This document shows positions 50,561 to 63,905 of a stretch of DNA of 64,000 nt, in pieces (position 1 is the first letter of the stretch; the number at the start of each line of letters is the position of its first letter). Under the pieces are notes generated by a model. It searched no databases. It was not told where the DNA came from and worked only from the letters and a program-made list of their open reading frames with translations. The stretch lies in contig OZ024744.1 in the NCBI GenBank assembly GCA_964016885.1, forward strand, positions 61,256,001 to 61,320,000. Direction: 5' to 3'. A program made the position numbers and the translations under genes. The stretch is from Eledone cirrhosa (taxonomy: Eukaryota).

Positions 50561-50619
50561 ATAATACAGCAAGGCTAACAAACTAACCGATAATACAGCA
50601 ACAATAATAATAATATATA

Positions 50620-51360
50620 CGAGGTGTTATCAAAACGTTTCCGGACTAGCTCTGTCGCGCACCAACAGATGGCAACACAAGGTTGTGCATGCAGTGAGAG
50701 CTAAGTGACCATGTGCCAGTGTGCTGAGTGACATTACTGTATTCACTTCACTAGTTGTGAAATTTGTGTTTCTGCAATTTTGTCGAACAGGAAGTTGGAA
50801 TAAAGGGCCAATGTGAATTTTTGTGTTCAACTTGGGAAGTGTGATATAGAGACATTGGGTATGCTTTGGCAAACATACAGCAATGAGGCAATGGGTCATA
50901 AACAATGTTTTGAGTGGCATGGGTGGTTCAAAAGCAAAAGAACATCCTTGGAAGATGACAAGCGATCTGGAAGACCTGCTACAAGCATCACCTCAGGAAA
51001 TGTGGAAAAAATTAATCAGCTTTGCATGAGAATCATTGGAGGACAATCAACGATATTGCTGATGGTCTGTTGTATGAGTGTGTGCAGGCAATCCTAATGT
51101 CTGAATTGAACATGCAGTATGTCATTGCCAAGTTTGTCCCCCGCTTGCTGATCACTGATCAGAAAGAACATCACGAAGTCCATAAGATCTCCATCAGTGT
51201 GTCGCTGATAATCCATACTTCATGTTGAGGATTATCTCTGGTGATGAGAGTTGGGTCTACAGGTACGACCCCGAGACAAAGCAGCAGTTGACAGAGTGGA
51301 AAAGCCCTTCATCTCCATGACCGAAGAAGGCCGGACAAAGTTGCAGTGCAATCAAGAGCT
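50620..51360 (+). mobile_element. Truncated mariner (Tc1/mariner) transposon relic
   Basis: TA then cgaggtgttatcaaaa left end; HTH region FEWHGWFKS..LEDDKRSGRP, AKFVPRLL linker, GDESWVY.YDPETKQQ with the first catalytic Asp; stops and frameshifts; no right end seen. Confidence 0.85.
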
Positions 51361-51779
51361 AGAAATAGCAGCCCAAACCGTCTAAATCAGTTCACATTAA
51401 GTAGAAAATGTTCATACAATAATTCAGCGCTGCATCACATTGCTTCACCATGCGGTGGTGTATATTCATATCGTAATTCAACACTACAACACCTTGTTTA
51501 TCATAATATCTAGCAGTAAAATAATATACAATATATTTTCAACTTGTCCTCTTATTTTTGTGAAGAATTCAACTGATGAGGAAACTTGAATTCTTTCAAT
51601 ATTGGTTATTCCAATGTTTTGAAATTCCCAATGTTGTATATTGAGTCTCAGAAACCACAGTTGGGGCCTTATGTAAGTTAAAATTGAATTTTTTAGCCGG
51701 TTTCACTTGGGAAAGTGTATGTGGAGCCAGACATTTTTGCAATTGGTAGAGTGTACACAGTCTTTTTCATATTAATATT

Positions 51780-52460
51780 TAATACTAATATTTATACTAA
51801 TATTTAACAGTGCATACATAGGAGAAGGCATCCAATATCAACTGCATTGTTACTGTGTGAGCCACAAAATCTGCATCATCAGCATACAGGAGCTCCCTAA
51901 AAAGAGGGTCTTGGACTTGGTGTTAAACCGTCTTGGTTTAAAGACTTTGCGAGAGGTTCTAATTTGCAGATATACACTGATTTCAAGGTCTTGGAAGGCA
52001 TATATCAGCAGCACAACAAAGTAGTTGGAGAATAGAATGGGTGCAGGTATGTCACCTTGCTTGACACCGTTTTCCACTGAAATTGGCTCTGAAAGTGTCC
52101 CATTGAAGTTCACTTTTGCTTTTATATCTTGGAGTTTTCTGAATATTCCAACAAACTCATGAGGGCATCCAAGTTTCCCCAATATGACCCACAATGCACT
52201 ACGATTAACAATATTGAAGACTTTGGTAAGGTCCACAAATACTTGGTACAGTGGCACTAGCTGCACACCACACTTCTCCATAAGCTGACAGGCTGAGAAA
52301 TCATGTCCACCGTACCCCACCTAACTCTGAAAACACTGCATCTCAGAGATGGCACCAGGGAAAATCCATTTTATTAAACAATTCAGCAAGCCTAAGATAA
52401 GACTTTCTATCGATTCAAGTAGACTTATACCATGATAATCACCACATTCAGATTTGGAGC
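51780..52460 (-). mobile_element. RTE/BovB-like RT fragment
   Basis: VFVDLTKVFNIVNRSALW..LGCP..NGVKQGDIPAPILF. Confidence 0.8.
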
Positions 52461-52854
52461 TTTGACAAAACAACTGCAAAGAAGAAGGCAAACCAAGTCG
52501 AAGCTAGCAGGTTACCTTGTTTCGTGTCTGCTTCAACTGAGAAATATCTAGGAGGCCACTACTGATGTAAACCACGCTTATGTCATCATGTAATGAATGT
52601 ATAACTCCCCGTAAACTCAGGGCAACCCAGCTGCAAGAGTGTGTGCGCGTGCATGCGTGTGTGTTAAAATATTGATTAATATGTAAAGTAATTAATCATG
52701 TCTGACAAAAGTATAGGTTAATCAAAGTGCTACAGATAGTCACTATTAGAACCTAAAGTCAGCTCTAAAATATATTAAAACATTTCATTAGGAGCAGTAA
52801 CAAAAACATCTTACAAACACAATGTGGATACATTTTGCTAGACAAAATCTTACA

Positions 52855-52943
52855 CTGACAGACAGAGTGACAGAGAGAGAGAGAGAGATAGAGAGGCAAA
52901 CAGAGAGAGCGAGAGAGACAGAGAGAGAGAGAGAAAGAGAAAT

Positions 52944-52976
<33 letters not shown>

Positions 52977-52983
52977 AATAGAA

Positions 52984-53056
<73 letters not shown>

Positions 53057-53076
53057 GAGAGAGAGAGAGAAAGAGG

Positions 53077-53125
<49 letters not shown>

Positions 53126-53558
53126 AGAGAAAGAGAGAGAGAGAGACATTGATACAGACAGACAGGCAGCGCAGGCAGAAACAGACAGAGAGACAGAGGC
53201 GCAGAGACAGAGAGAGACAGAGAGATACAGACAGACAGAGGGACAGAGAGAGAGAGAGAGAGACAGAGAGAGAGATAGACAGAGACAGAGAGAGAGATAG
53301 ACAGAGACAGAGAGAGAGATAGACAGAGACAGACAGACAAAGACACAGAGACAGCCAGAGAGAGAGACAGACATATATACAGAGAGACAGGCAAACATAC
53401 AGACAGAGAGAGAGCGAGAGACACAGAGAGAGAGACCGACCGACAGACAGAGGGACAGAGAGATAGAGATACTGACAGAGACAGAGGGACAGAGGCAGAT
53501 AGACAGACAGAGAGACAAACAGACAGACAGAGAGAGAGAGAGACAGACAGACAGAGAG
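52855..53558. repeat. (GA)n/(GACA)n compound microsatellite
   Basis: Read directly. Confidence 0.95.
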
Positions 53559-55362
53559 TCTGAAGTCTTTGTTGCTGAAATCTAAGTGAAAGAGATGGAT
53601 GATGGGGAATGTGGAATCTACATATACACAGACACTACCTTTTGGAGAGAAGCTAGAGTCAAGATAGTAGCCAGGACAGCAAAGATAAACTATAGTTAGG
53701 TGTTGGGAGATTTATATCTCAGAGAGGAATAAGCAGTGGAGTTTGTGAGTAGGATATAATATATAGGGTCTAAACTAATACATGGTGATTGAGTGTTCAG
53801 ACTAAAAAGTTGTCAAGTGAAAACAAACCTGATAAAACATTTACAAAACTACATGCGATTCAGCACGAGTTCTGGTTGTCTTAAAACAGGTGAGGTTAAT
53901 TATTGGAATACTGCCATACCTAGAGGCAACATACTTGGTTTGGGATATTTATGTTAAATTTCTATTTAACCCTCTTAATATCAAACTGTCTGAAACCATT
54001 CATCTTTCTAAGATATAAAACTGTTTATAACTATCTAAAAATATTCAATCATATTTAATAAAGTTAGTCATATTACTAAAACCTTTCAAATTCATTATTT
54101 TCTAAATTATTTGAAAATCAGATGCAATGTTATTTTCTAATTAAAAATATAGTAATGAAAAGTTTAAAGTATTTATATTTATCTAAAAACCTTCCATCGT
54201 AATTTTATGTAAGAACCTTTGTTAAGTTATGTTCCAAACATCAACTAAATAATGAGAAAGTTATATTTTTAAATCCTAAATTCTTGATTACTTTCAAAAT
54301 GACTTGAAAATGATATACAATGTTTTTCACTAGAAATATGACAACAGAAGGTTTAACTGAGATAAATTTGTGTAGTGCAATCAATAATTTTATTCTCTTA
54401 ACCTGTCTATCACATTCAAGTTTATTTCATTGTTTGAGAAGATAAAAAAAAAAATAGCATGTTATTGGCATGAGTTCACTGCTATGACTTGAAACCTTTT
54501 CTAAACTGTCAAGAGAGCAATATTTTCATTCAATATAGACAAATGCTCTAGTATGTGTGTGAATGTGTATGTGTGTATGATGCAAAAACAATTAAATTTC
54601 TATTTGTACTGGTAAATTTATATGCAAACCCAAACAGGTGTTACACTGACGCCATATTGTACATACACATCTAACATTTTTTGATGTGGAGAATGTTTTT
54701 GTCATGGCTTCAGGCTTTGTAATCTGCTGGTCAGTAAGGAAACTAAGGGTTGTGGAAACTGGCTTGTGAGAATCTTATGTACCAAGAAGCTTGTGAGAAG
54801 CTTATGTACCAAGATGTAGTCAACAAGGCGAGATACAAATTGAAAATGCAGGTAGGGACCCACCAAGGCTCAGTCCTTAGTGTTAATCTGTTTATCAGTC
54901 CTCCAGGCCATAACAGAGTTGAAGACCAGCCAGTGGCCAACTGGCCTGTTCCTCCTCATAGCAGTAATTGTGGGTAAGGATCCCAAACTATGGTTCTGCT
55001 GTGAGAACATATAACGGGCAATAACTCCAAAACAATTGACTATTTTCTCTCTGCTACCGCTGGAACAAAAGGATGACGATCATCTAGAAAACACACATGG
55101 TGTTTTGAGGATGTTTGCTTGCAAACGAACTGAATATCAATAATATAATATTCACTCACAAATACATTTAGGTATCCAGCATGTTAGAGCGAAAACAAGT
55201 TGTTTTTAAATATTTAAACGTCAGTATAGAGCTAGTAAGCCATGACGGACTCAGGGAAGTCCTTACAGTTAGTAAGCAAAAAGAGCTAGTGAGACAAGTA
55301 ATAAAAAAAGAAAAATGAGAAAAGGGGAAAAAAATAAAATTACAAAAATAACATTTCAAATA

Positions 55363-55540
55363 TTTGTTTCTACTTTAGGCACAAGGCCAGCAATAACCCA
55401 GTTCATTACTGGTACTTTATTTTATCGACCCCGTAAGGATGAAAGGCAAAGTCAACCTCGGCGGGATTTGAACTCAGATCGTAACTATGCTGGAAAGCAT
55501 GGCGTCCGACCCTCTACCGATACTGCCAATCAATCCACCA
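55363..55540 (-). mobile_element. SINE family 1 copy
   Basis: Near-consensus core and head. Confidence 0.85.
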
Positions 55541-55844
55541 AATATTGAAGGCAGATTATGCCCAAGAAAACGAAAGAAAGGAATATATATTGGTTGTGTT
55601 CTAACTCAAATGCAAGTCCCTTTGAGGCACAGAAAGGCTCTCACTGGACTTCCTTGACAATGAAAATATAGGAACCAAGGTAATATTATCTCTGGTCCTA
55701 TCATTTCTTTTCTCAACTTAATCTCACCTCTCCATTTCTTTACTTTTGTTGCCTCAATATTTACAACCCTATTGTATTGCAGCAGTTGCCCACAGCCATT
55801 TTTTATATTCCACAATACTGCAACAAGCAAACTACAATACACTC

Positions 55845-55882
<38 letters not shown>

Positions 55883-55914
55883 TGCCACTTCTGCGTTTAC
55901 AGATTGACCTTGTT

Positions 55915-55965
55915 AGTTTCAGAAGATCCCGTTAAGGGTGAAAGCAGCGATTCTTTGCTTAAACT
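55915..55965 (+). ncRNA. Probable decayed type I hammerhead motif
   Basis: aguuu CAGAAGA u-ccc guuaa ggg-u GAAA gcag cgauucu uugc UU aaacu; three stems pair, but the core has A in place of U4. Confidence 0.4.
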
Positions 55966-56072
55966 TTAATCTGTTATTTTAATAAATATTTGCTCTACGG
56001 TTCTTATATATTTGATATATATTTATCCTTATCGAGCCCTCTTTGGATTTTAGTCTTCAAATTTATTATTAT

Positions 56073-56107
<35 letters not shown>

Positions 56108-56111
<4 letters not shown>

Positions 56112-57225
56112 CAATAACAGAGATAGTTTAAAGCTAATCTCTGACTGGTAACCATCTCACTCAACAAACATTAGGTTATATTTTAATATAAACCCAATTT
56201 AAGTGTTTGGGGTGCTAACAATATGTATTATGTGGAAAAGCCAGTTGTATTATTTTATGAGATATAATTAAAGTTAAAATATATCTCTTTCCAAACAATT
56301 GTTTCATTATAAGTTTTCTACAAATTCGGAGAATATTTCCAGTTTATGTAGAAGCCTAATATACATTCATGTAAGAATATATTTAGGTGGGCGTTTATAA
56401 ATCATCAGTGGAAGCCCATTGAACTTTGATATAAGAAAAAAAATTCTTAAAATTTTTTCTTAAAATTTTTTCTTAAAAATCGTGTCTGTTAAGTTGCTCC
56501 TTCCCACATTGAGTGACCGGCAAATTTGAAATTCCAGCACTTTTTTACTGAGGAAGTATTATAGCGTCACTAAGCGGGAAGGGGAGACAACCACGATCCA
56601 CGAAAGGAGGAAAAAAAATATACACGCGGGTTAAACAGTTTTTTCAAAAACATTATCAATCCAACGTGTTAAGAACTCAATTGAAATTAAAAAAAAATAA
56701 ATATATGCGTGTATAAATTACACACGCATATCGATATTTTCTTAGGCTAAATCAGAGGATGTACCTGAATAAGAAACCGCATCTCGTAACCGTAGTAAAT
56801 ACGGAAAGTTATGCTTTAAAGGGCAAATGGGAAAGTAAATCTCCGGCCGAATTAAGAGTAAAATATAAAACACACGCGGGTTAATTAGTTATTTCAAAAC
56901 TAATATCAATTCCTCGTGTAAAGAACTCAATTAATTAAAAAAAAATAAATGTATGCATGTAATTATATACATAGGCATATATATATTTTCTTAGCCTAAA
57001 AAACAGAGAAGTTACAACCAATAAAAACCACAATATCGCACAACAGTAATAAATACGGAAAGTCAAATTTATAAGGTACCTGGAAATAAACACCTCTGGC
57101 CAATCAAGAGTAAAATATTAATACAATAACAGAGATAGTTTAAAGCTAATCTCTGACTGGTAACCATCTCACTCAACAAACATTAGGTTATATTTTAATA
57201 TAAACCCAATTTAAGTGTTTGGGGT
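56108..57225. mobile_element. Unclassified 1.1 kb unit bounded by identical 106 bp direct repeats, with an internal 250 bp tandem pair
   Basis: 56108-56213 equals 57120-57225; diverged repeats start at 56622 and 56872 (acacgcgggttaa). Confidence 0.65.
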
Positions 57226-57299
57226 TGGTGTTGGATGCTTAAAGCGTCCGTATGCGGTAGGCCGTATGAGGACTCAATGCCCTCATAGAGCAGAGTATG

Positions 57300-57556
57300 A
57301 TATCACAGAAAAAAGAATCAGTGTTGTGACGAAAGGAATTTATTGGACATATTACAATTGTTTCTCGGGCGACCAGCTCGAGGCACGATTGATGTGGTTA
57401 TCAAACCCGACTGAAATCACGCAGTCCTCGGATACGTCTTGATTCTACAAAGCAGATTTTCCTATTAAATCCTCGAGCTGGTCGCCCGAGAAACAATTGT
57501 AATATGTCCAATAAATTCCTTTCGTCGCAACACTGATTCTCTTTTTTCTGTGATAT
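57300..57556. mobile_element. Short palindromic insertion (~85 bp arms) resembling an inverted PLE terminal-repeat pair
   Basis: 57300-57383 is the reverse complement of 57471-57556; contains a hammerhead-like fold on the minus strand. Confidence 0.75.
57346..57438 (-). ncRNA. Minimal hammerhead-like motif with variant core CCGAGGA
   Basis: gacguau CCGAGGA cug..cag ucggg...cccga GAAA C AAUU GUA | auauguc; 7 bp stem I and palindromic loop III. Confidence 0.6.
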
Positions 57557-57919
57557 ATATATATATATATATTTCATTTCAGCAACCTTGATTTTAACCC
57601 TGTGCTGAATTATTTGTTTTCCCATATATTTAATTCCCAAGAAACATTATGAGGTTGGAAACATATGGATGAAATTATGCCTTATGCTTATAGAACATAT
57701 AGCAACAACTTGGGTAGGTGGAAAATTCAAGTGCACGTGCACGCATGCACGACAGGCTTCCCACAGCTTCTATGTCAAATTGCCTCTCAAGATGGTCTAC
57801 CCAAATCTCTACTAGAAGACACCTAAGGTGCCAAGTAGTAGTAGTAGTTAATCTGAAACCATGTGGTTGCAAAGTAAACTTCATAACCACGTTTCCATGC
57901 ATTATCCATAGACACAGCT

Positions 57920-58570
57920 AGTGTGCTGGTTTACATGCTTGTGGTTTATTCTTAAGGTTTTAAATTTCAATGTTTTGTTTATGGTATCATGTAATACATT
58001 GTTTTGTTTTAAGAAGCTTTTGATAATGTGTTTATCTATTCTATAGTTGGTATGTATTTGATTCATATAGTACACTGTGTGGTTTGTGCATTTTAAATAT
58101 AGGGACAGTGCCTTATGCATTTATTGTATTGTATTTGTGACTATTGTTCTATGGCTTAGTCTATTACTTTGTTAGAATAGCCGAAGTTGTTTAGTGTTTG
58201 TTTTATTCTGTGGATTTCTTTACCCAATGCTTCATTAGTGGAAGAGAATCTAAATGCTGTTCTAAAAAGGGATTTTATCACTGGCATTTTATAGCTGGAT
58301 AGATATTCACTGTCTCCATGTAAGTAGATCCAATTATTTGTGTCTTTGGGGTAAACAGATGTTATCTGTCTTATTCTCTATCTGAATGCTTACATCTAGT
58401 GGAAATTGTGTCATTGTGAAGTTAGGAGTTCTATTTGTACTATTTTGCTTGTTGAATTTTAGTGTGTTGCTTTCTAAGTCTTCCTTTTATTTCTTAAAAT
58501 CTTCCAGTGTGACCATTATAACAAGTGTATTGTCTATATACACGATGCATATTGTATTAGTACAATTGAT
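57920..58570 (-). mobile_element. Old Penelope-like RT fragment
   Basis: Minus-strand remnants YIDNTLV (YxDD position), LDV, LHGDSE..SYK, IKSLFRTAFRFSS..EIHRIKQTLNNFGYS..VID. Confidence 0.65.
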
Positions 58571-59184
58571 GTTATTTTGTTGTACTAATACAATATACAT
58601 CATGCATTTTGTGCACAATAGCATCATTGAAAGCACATGACCTAGGGGTTAAAATGTTGGTTTTCTTGAGCAAGATATTTCACATTTCTCCAGCTTACAG
58701 AATACCAGCAGCAGGGAGGTTGGGGTGGGTATTGTGACAGACTGGTGTCATCTGGAGTAGAGGTTTTATACTCACTCAATGCTACATGAAACTGGGATAA
58801 ATTCTTGTCTCCATCTAACTATTGGCCTAGTGGTTAGGGTCTTGGATTCAAGATCACAAGGGCTTGGGTTTGATTCCTGGACTAAGTGGTACATTGTGTT
58901 TAGTAAAATGCTTCATTTCACATTGGTTTCATGGTATGACAGGGACCCTTATAAAAACACATGAGAAACTTCCCATGAGATACCTCATAGAAAGCCAGCT
59001 AAATCTGCATAGGTGAGCCAATGTCAGCATGGAAATATGAACTTTAAACCAATGAAAAGAAAGTGACCTTTATCAGTTTCTAATGAGCTAAAGTGGTTTA
59101 GTGCATTCTTGATGGCAAGAGTGATATGGGAGAATCTAAGTTTTTTAAAATTTGGCCAAAATTCTAATAGAATTTAAAAAGACC

Positions 59185-59475
59185 CTGTTCGTAGTATGGA
59201 TCATGCCATCAGGTTTTAAGAAGCTATAGTCATGGATGTACCTGTTCAAAATATGGATCTTGGCATCAGGTTTTAAAAAGCTATATCTAGTCATGGATGT
59301 ATCTGTTCAAACTATGGAAGTTGCATCAAGTTTTAAGCTATAGTCATGGATTTACCCGTTCAAACTACAGATCTTGGATCAGGTTTTAAGAAGCTACATC
59401 TAGTCATGGATGTATTTGTTTATCGTATGGATCTTGGCATCAGATGTTTTGAGGCTATTCTTAGTTATGGATGTA
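59185..59475. repeat. Minisatellite, ~57-62 bp unit, about 5 copies
   Basis: tatggatcttggcatcaggttttaagaagcta..tagtcatggatgta recurring. Confidence 0.9.
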
Positions 59476-60340
59476 TAGTCTTTGTAAAACATTGAAAATG
59501 CTGCATTGGTAGAATCACTTAGTTCCAGTGCACTATAGCTTGTGTGCATTTTGCAGTGCATCAATGTTTCCTATGTTATATATAAGTTGTTGATGCCAAG
59601 TCTTTTTGCAAAAATCATCTATCAATTCTAGCTTTCATTTGGACTGCAGAGAGTTGGATGAATATGTGTGAGGAATTTGACCATGATAGGCATATGCGCT
59701 ACAGAATGCTTTGGATTTGTCTTTCTCTAAATGGTCACTACCTTCCTTGTTCAGCTTTGCTAAGATTTTGTGTAGCCATCTAAGTCTGTGCAGCTCTCTT
59801 ACACAGAATTCAGATATGTTCTAATGCTAACTTGTCTATAGTTGGAGGGAACCAGAATTTGAAGCTAGTTTTTTCCCCAGGTTGTCTGCAATTCCCGAAG
59901 TGCAATGCAAGCTCTGATGAGCATCTTTTGTTTGATAAAAATCATTAGTTTAAACTTTGACGGATCAAATGATACTCTAATCTTAAGTCCATGGTTTAAA
60001 CTAGCTGCAGTCACATTGTCTTTTGTTGCAGGTAGCATGGAGCTACCAGTGCAGAGGAACAGATCATTTTCACAAGCATTGACTAGATCATCTATGAGAA
60101 CCGAGATCAGAAGTGGCTCAAGTATTAAAACCTATAGGAGACTAATACATTAATGAGTTAATAGAATAGAAGGCTGCCGTGAAACTGACCATAATAGGAT
60201 TCTTGCTGAGGGGGTCTTCAAAACAACCATGGCAGTTCCTCCATATATTCACTTTGATTTCAACTGGGCATAGTTTGTTATGCTAACATCTGTCAAAAGC
60301 TTCTTTGATGTCCAGTCAGTGACATATCCTTCCTGGCATA

Positions 60341-60378
<38 letters not shown>

Positions 60379-60914
60379 AATGTGGGAGGGGTGTATATAT
60401 ATATCATTGACATAGCACTTTCAAAGCACATTTGGACATTTAAAGACTGCAACTTGTCTCACAGAGAAACACTATATTATCTGCCACCTCTACTGCCTAC
60501 ACCAAATTTAATACAGTGAACTAATTGACAGGCGCGCATACCAGAATTATTTCTGGACAATTTCCAAAAGGATCCACTGCCATCCATGACAAATGTCATG
60601 TAACAATCTACACTTTACACCACCTGAACTTTGTTACAATATTTTCAATGAAAAATATTGTATATACTTTCCAATAATTTTGAAAATAATCAAGAATTTG
60701 GAGCGATTTAGTAATAACTAATTTTCTCATTAAGCTTCTTAGCAATGGTGTTCACCGACTTTCTAGGGTTCTAGTTGATAATTTTCTGCATCTTACATAC
60801 ATATTTGGGTGTATTCGGACCCTTAGCAGGCATTTTACATTTGGCTACTCTTCTAGAATCCTTGTCAGCAGTTTCCAGCTCTTTGCAAACTGACAATAAA
60901 CAGCTATGGAACGT

Positions 60915-61150
60915 TCAGGACCAGGTCATAGATGGTCACCTGACCCCTAACAGATACTGTGGAGTGACCAGGTCAGATGGTCACCTGACTCCTAACAGAT
61001 ACTGTGGAGTGACTAGGTCAAAGATGTACAACTGACCATAAACACTGGAGTGACCAGGTCAAAGATGTACAACAGACCACTAACAGATACTGTGGAGTGA
61101 CCACATCATAGATGTACAGCTGACAAAAAAAAAAATTGACCACTAACATA
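60915..61150. repeat. Minisatellite, ~40-47 bp unit, about 5 copies
   Basis: gaccaggtca..gatg..ctgacc.ctaacagatactgtggagt recurring. Confidence 0.88.
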
Positions 61151-61572
61151 CAATGAAGTGTACGACAACACAAACATGTGATCAATACAAACTGTGCAAA
61201 CAACATACATTAAATCAATTCCAGATAATGCCAGTCTTGTTTGAACACTAATCTCGCCACAATGGCCCCTGTGTATACGATCGGACTGCTAGAAACTGCA
61301 GTCAAATCCCAAGTGACCGTCTTAACGAGAATGGCACACATAGCTTGGTGTTGTGTTTTGTTTTGTTTTGTGGCAAGTGGCTTGATCTGAGGTGAGAGTG
61401 TAATGAAACTAAAGCAATTACATTGTCGAATCATTTTAGCCATTAAAAAAAAAAAAAAGAAAAAAAAAAAAATTTAAATCACTTTACAATTTGTATGTCA
61501 AGTGACTTGATCCGAGGAGATCGCGTGTTGATACTAAAGCAATTACAGCGCAGAAGAGTCATTATAGCCATT

Positions 61573-61603
<31 letters not shown>

Positions 61604-63689
61604 AACAAACAAATCTAGTTAACATTTTAACAATCATATTTCGTCACACTCTTTGCGACCTGGTGAAACGCAAAGAGTGCGACCTAATTGCTGGCACCAA
61701 GAAATAAAATGTAAAAATGAATATAACATTTTTTTTCGTGGCTACAATGACTATGATGTAATTACATTAGATGTAGTCGTAAATACTCCCAAAAGAAAGA
61801 CGAGATTATTACGGCTGGAATGCCTTTGTTTCTTATGTCTGCTCGAGCAGATCTGACCTGGAGCTATACAACAAGAATGGAAGAAGAAAAAAAAAAAAAA
61901 AAAAAAAAAAAAATCACTTTGCATAATCACAGGTTGCACACAGGCCATTAATGAAAACGGAATACTTAGGATGAAATTCCATCTGAATATGCGAGGGGCA
62001 GTTTGTTGCTGCAACCTAAACAGACCCAACTTCTACATTGTACTCCAACCCAAACACTACTACAACAACATTGTAGTAACTGTTGTATCAAATACAAACA
62101 AAGACATACACGAGCCAACTGGCGAGTCCCCTTTCGTGATGGCTCAAATTTGCTAAAGACAGCAGCCAGATTTCCTTTAACTCACACACTGCTGTCTTAG
62201 TGAATAAGGCGTATGACAATGTAGTGGTAGATATGTGTATATATAAAAAGACGAAATGATATGGCTGGAACTCGTTTTGACCAGAAGTCTGTTGCATGAA
62301 AGTTGACCAGGGAGTAGACAACTAAGAAATGTACAGCAAAGGAGGGCTAAAAAGCAGGGGCGACCTTGGCAGGATTTGAACTCAGAAGGAAGAGGTAATT
62401 CATAACAGTAATAGTGATTAGTAACACAAACAGAAGACCACACATTTAGGGCGAGGGGAAATTCGATTAAATTGACACATATCTGACTGGTTCTTTATTG
62501 AACATAAATACTTTTTTCTGGATATCTACCGACTGTGACACACCGCCTGATTATAATAACAAAAATAATTTTATTGGTTACAAGAAAACAACAAATACAC
62601 AGTAGAAGAGATGTTATACACATAAAAACGGTGGGATATGTAGCATGAACAATAAGGATACATTAATAAAGCAGGCAATAATAATTTCTGAACGATATCC
62701 TTTTCTTTAACTGCCACAAGGGCGAAAGATGAGAAAAACAATAACGAAAATTATTTATGTTATTAGGCAATAGGGAGCGCGACCAAGCCGTTGGTGTGAG
62801 GACAGCCAATATGAAATACTGTCGTGTTGGGAAGACATTGTTTAAAAAGAGACAACTCGACAATAACTATAAAAAGCAATAACAATAAAGAAAATAAGGT
62901 GCCAACAAGTTCATTCTATATGATTGAAGAAAAAAAACAAAAAAACCCCCAAATATACCTCGAATCGCACCACACCGACTTAATAACAAACATCACATCC
63001 AACCGTCTTAAAAACAGACATATATAACGGACTTAAAAAGCAATAACAAATCCTCAGAAGTGGAAGGAAAAACACATTTGTTAAGACTAGTCCTAGAGTC
63101 ACCATAACCTAGTAAAAGACAGGATGCTCACGGCAGGAATGTCTGGTCAAAGGTCTGATAACAATCGACATGGGTTTTAACTAACGAAATAATGATTTTA
63201 AACATTTCATAACGCTGGCACAAGGCCACAAATCATGGTGGGAGGGTAAAGACGGTCATAACAACTACAGTACTTAGACTGGTAGTTTATTTTATCGACA
63301 ATAACTTATTAAATACATAAAATATATACAACAAACACGCGCACACAAACATGGGGAATAATACAATCAGCTAAAAGTAGTAGCCACATTTCCCTAATAA
63401 ACTGTCTTGAAGAAAAAAAAAAAAAAAAGAAACGGCTGTTCTTAGATACTAAAAAAAGTCGTGATGGTTGTGACTGAATTGACTTTGATAATGACATGGA
63501 ACGTAAATATATATGTACCTTTGTATGCATGTGCGTACAAAGGTACTATGTATGTACACACGCACTTACATAAAATGTAAGCGAGACTACCAAAAGCAGC
63601 ACACAATTCTATTATAAACATACATAAACACGTGCAAGACTAAATAGAAACATAGACCCTGTCTAAATAATGAAATATTGTTTTAATAT

Positions 63690-63695
63690 ACGCCC

Positions 63696-63727
<32 letters not shown>

Positions 63728-63850
63728 AATATATATACACACACACATACATATATATATATATATGGAGAGTGGGGGGGGGGGGGGGGGTAGACATTTA
63801 ATTTTAAAAAAAATTTTTTAAAAGAAACGCAGTTATATAATATACGCATT

Positions 63851-63888
<38 letters not shown>

Positions 63889-63905
63889 CATACATACATA
63901 CATAG
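63690..63905. repeat. (TA)n/(CA)n/(TACA)n microsatellites and a poly-G run
   Basis: Read directly. Confidence 0.9.

Noticed and set aside
51572-51665. Hammerhead candidate ctgatgag...ctcagaaaccacagtt
   Set aside because: Stem II is only loosely paired, and the cleavage triplet and stem I are not intact.
59185-61150. CRISPR-like array
   Set aside because: Units repeat wholly with no unique spacers; the context is eukaryotic and there are no cas genes.
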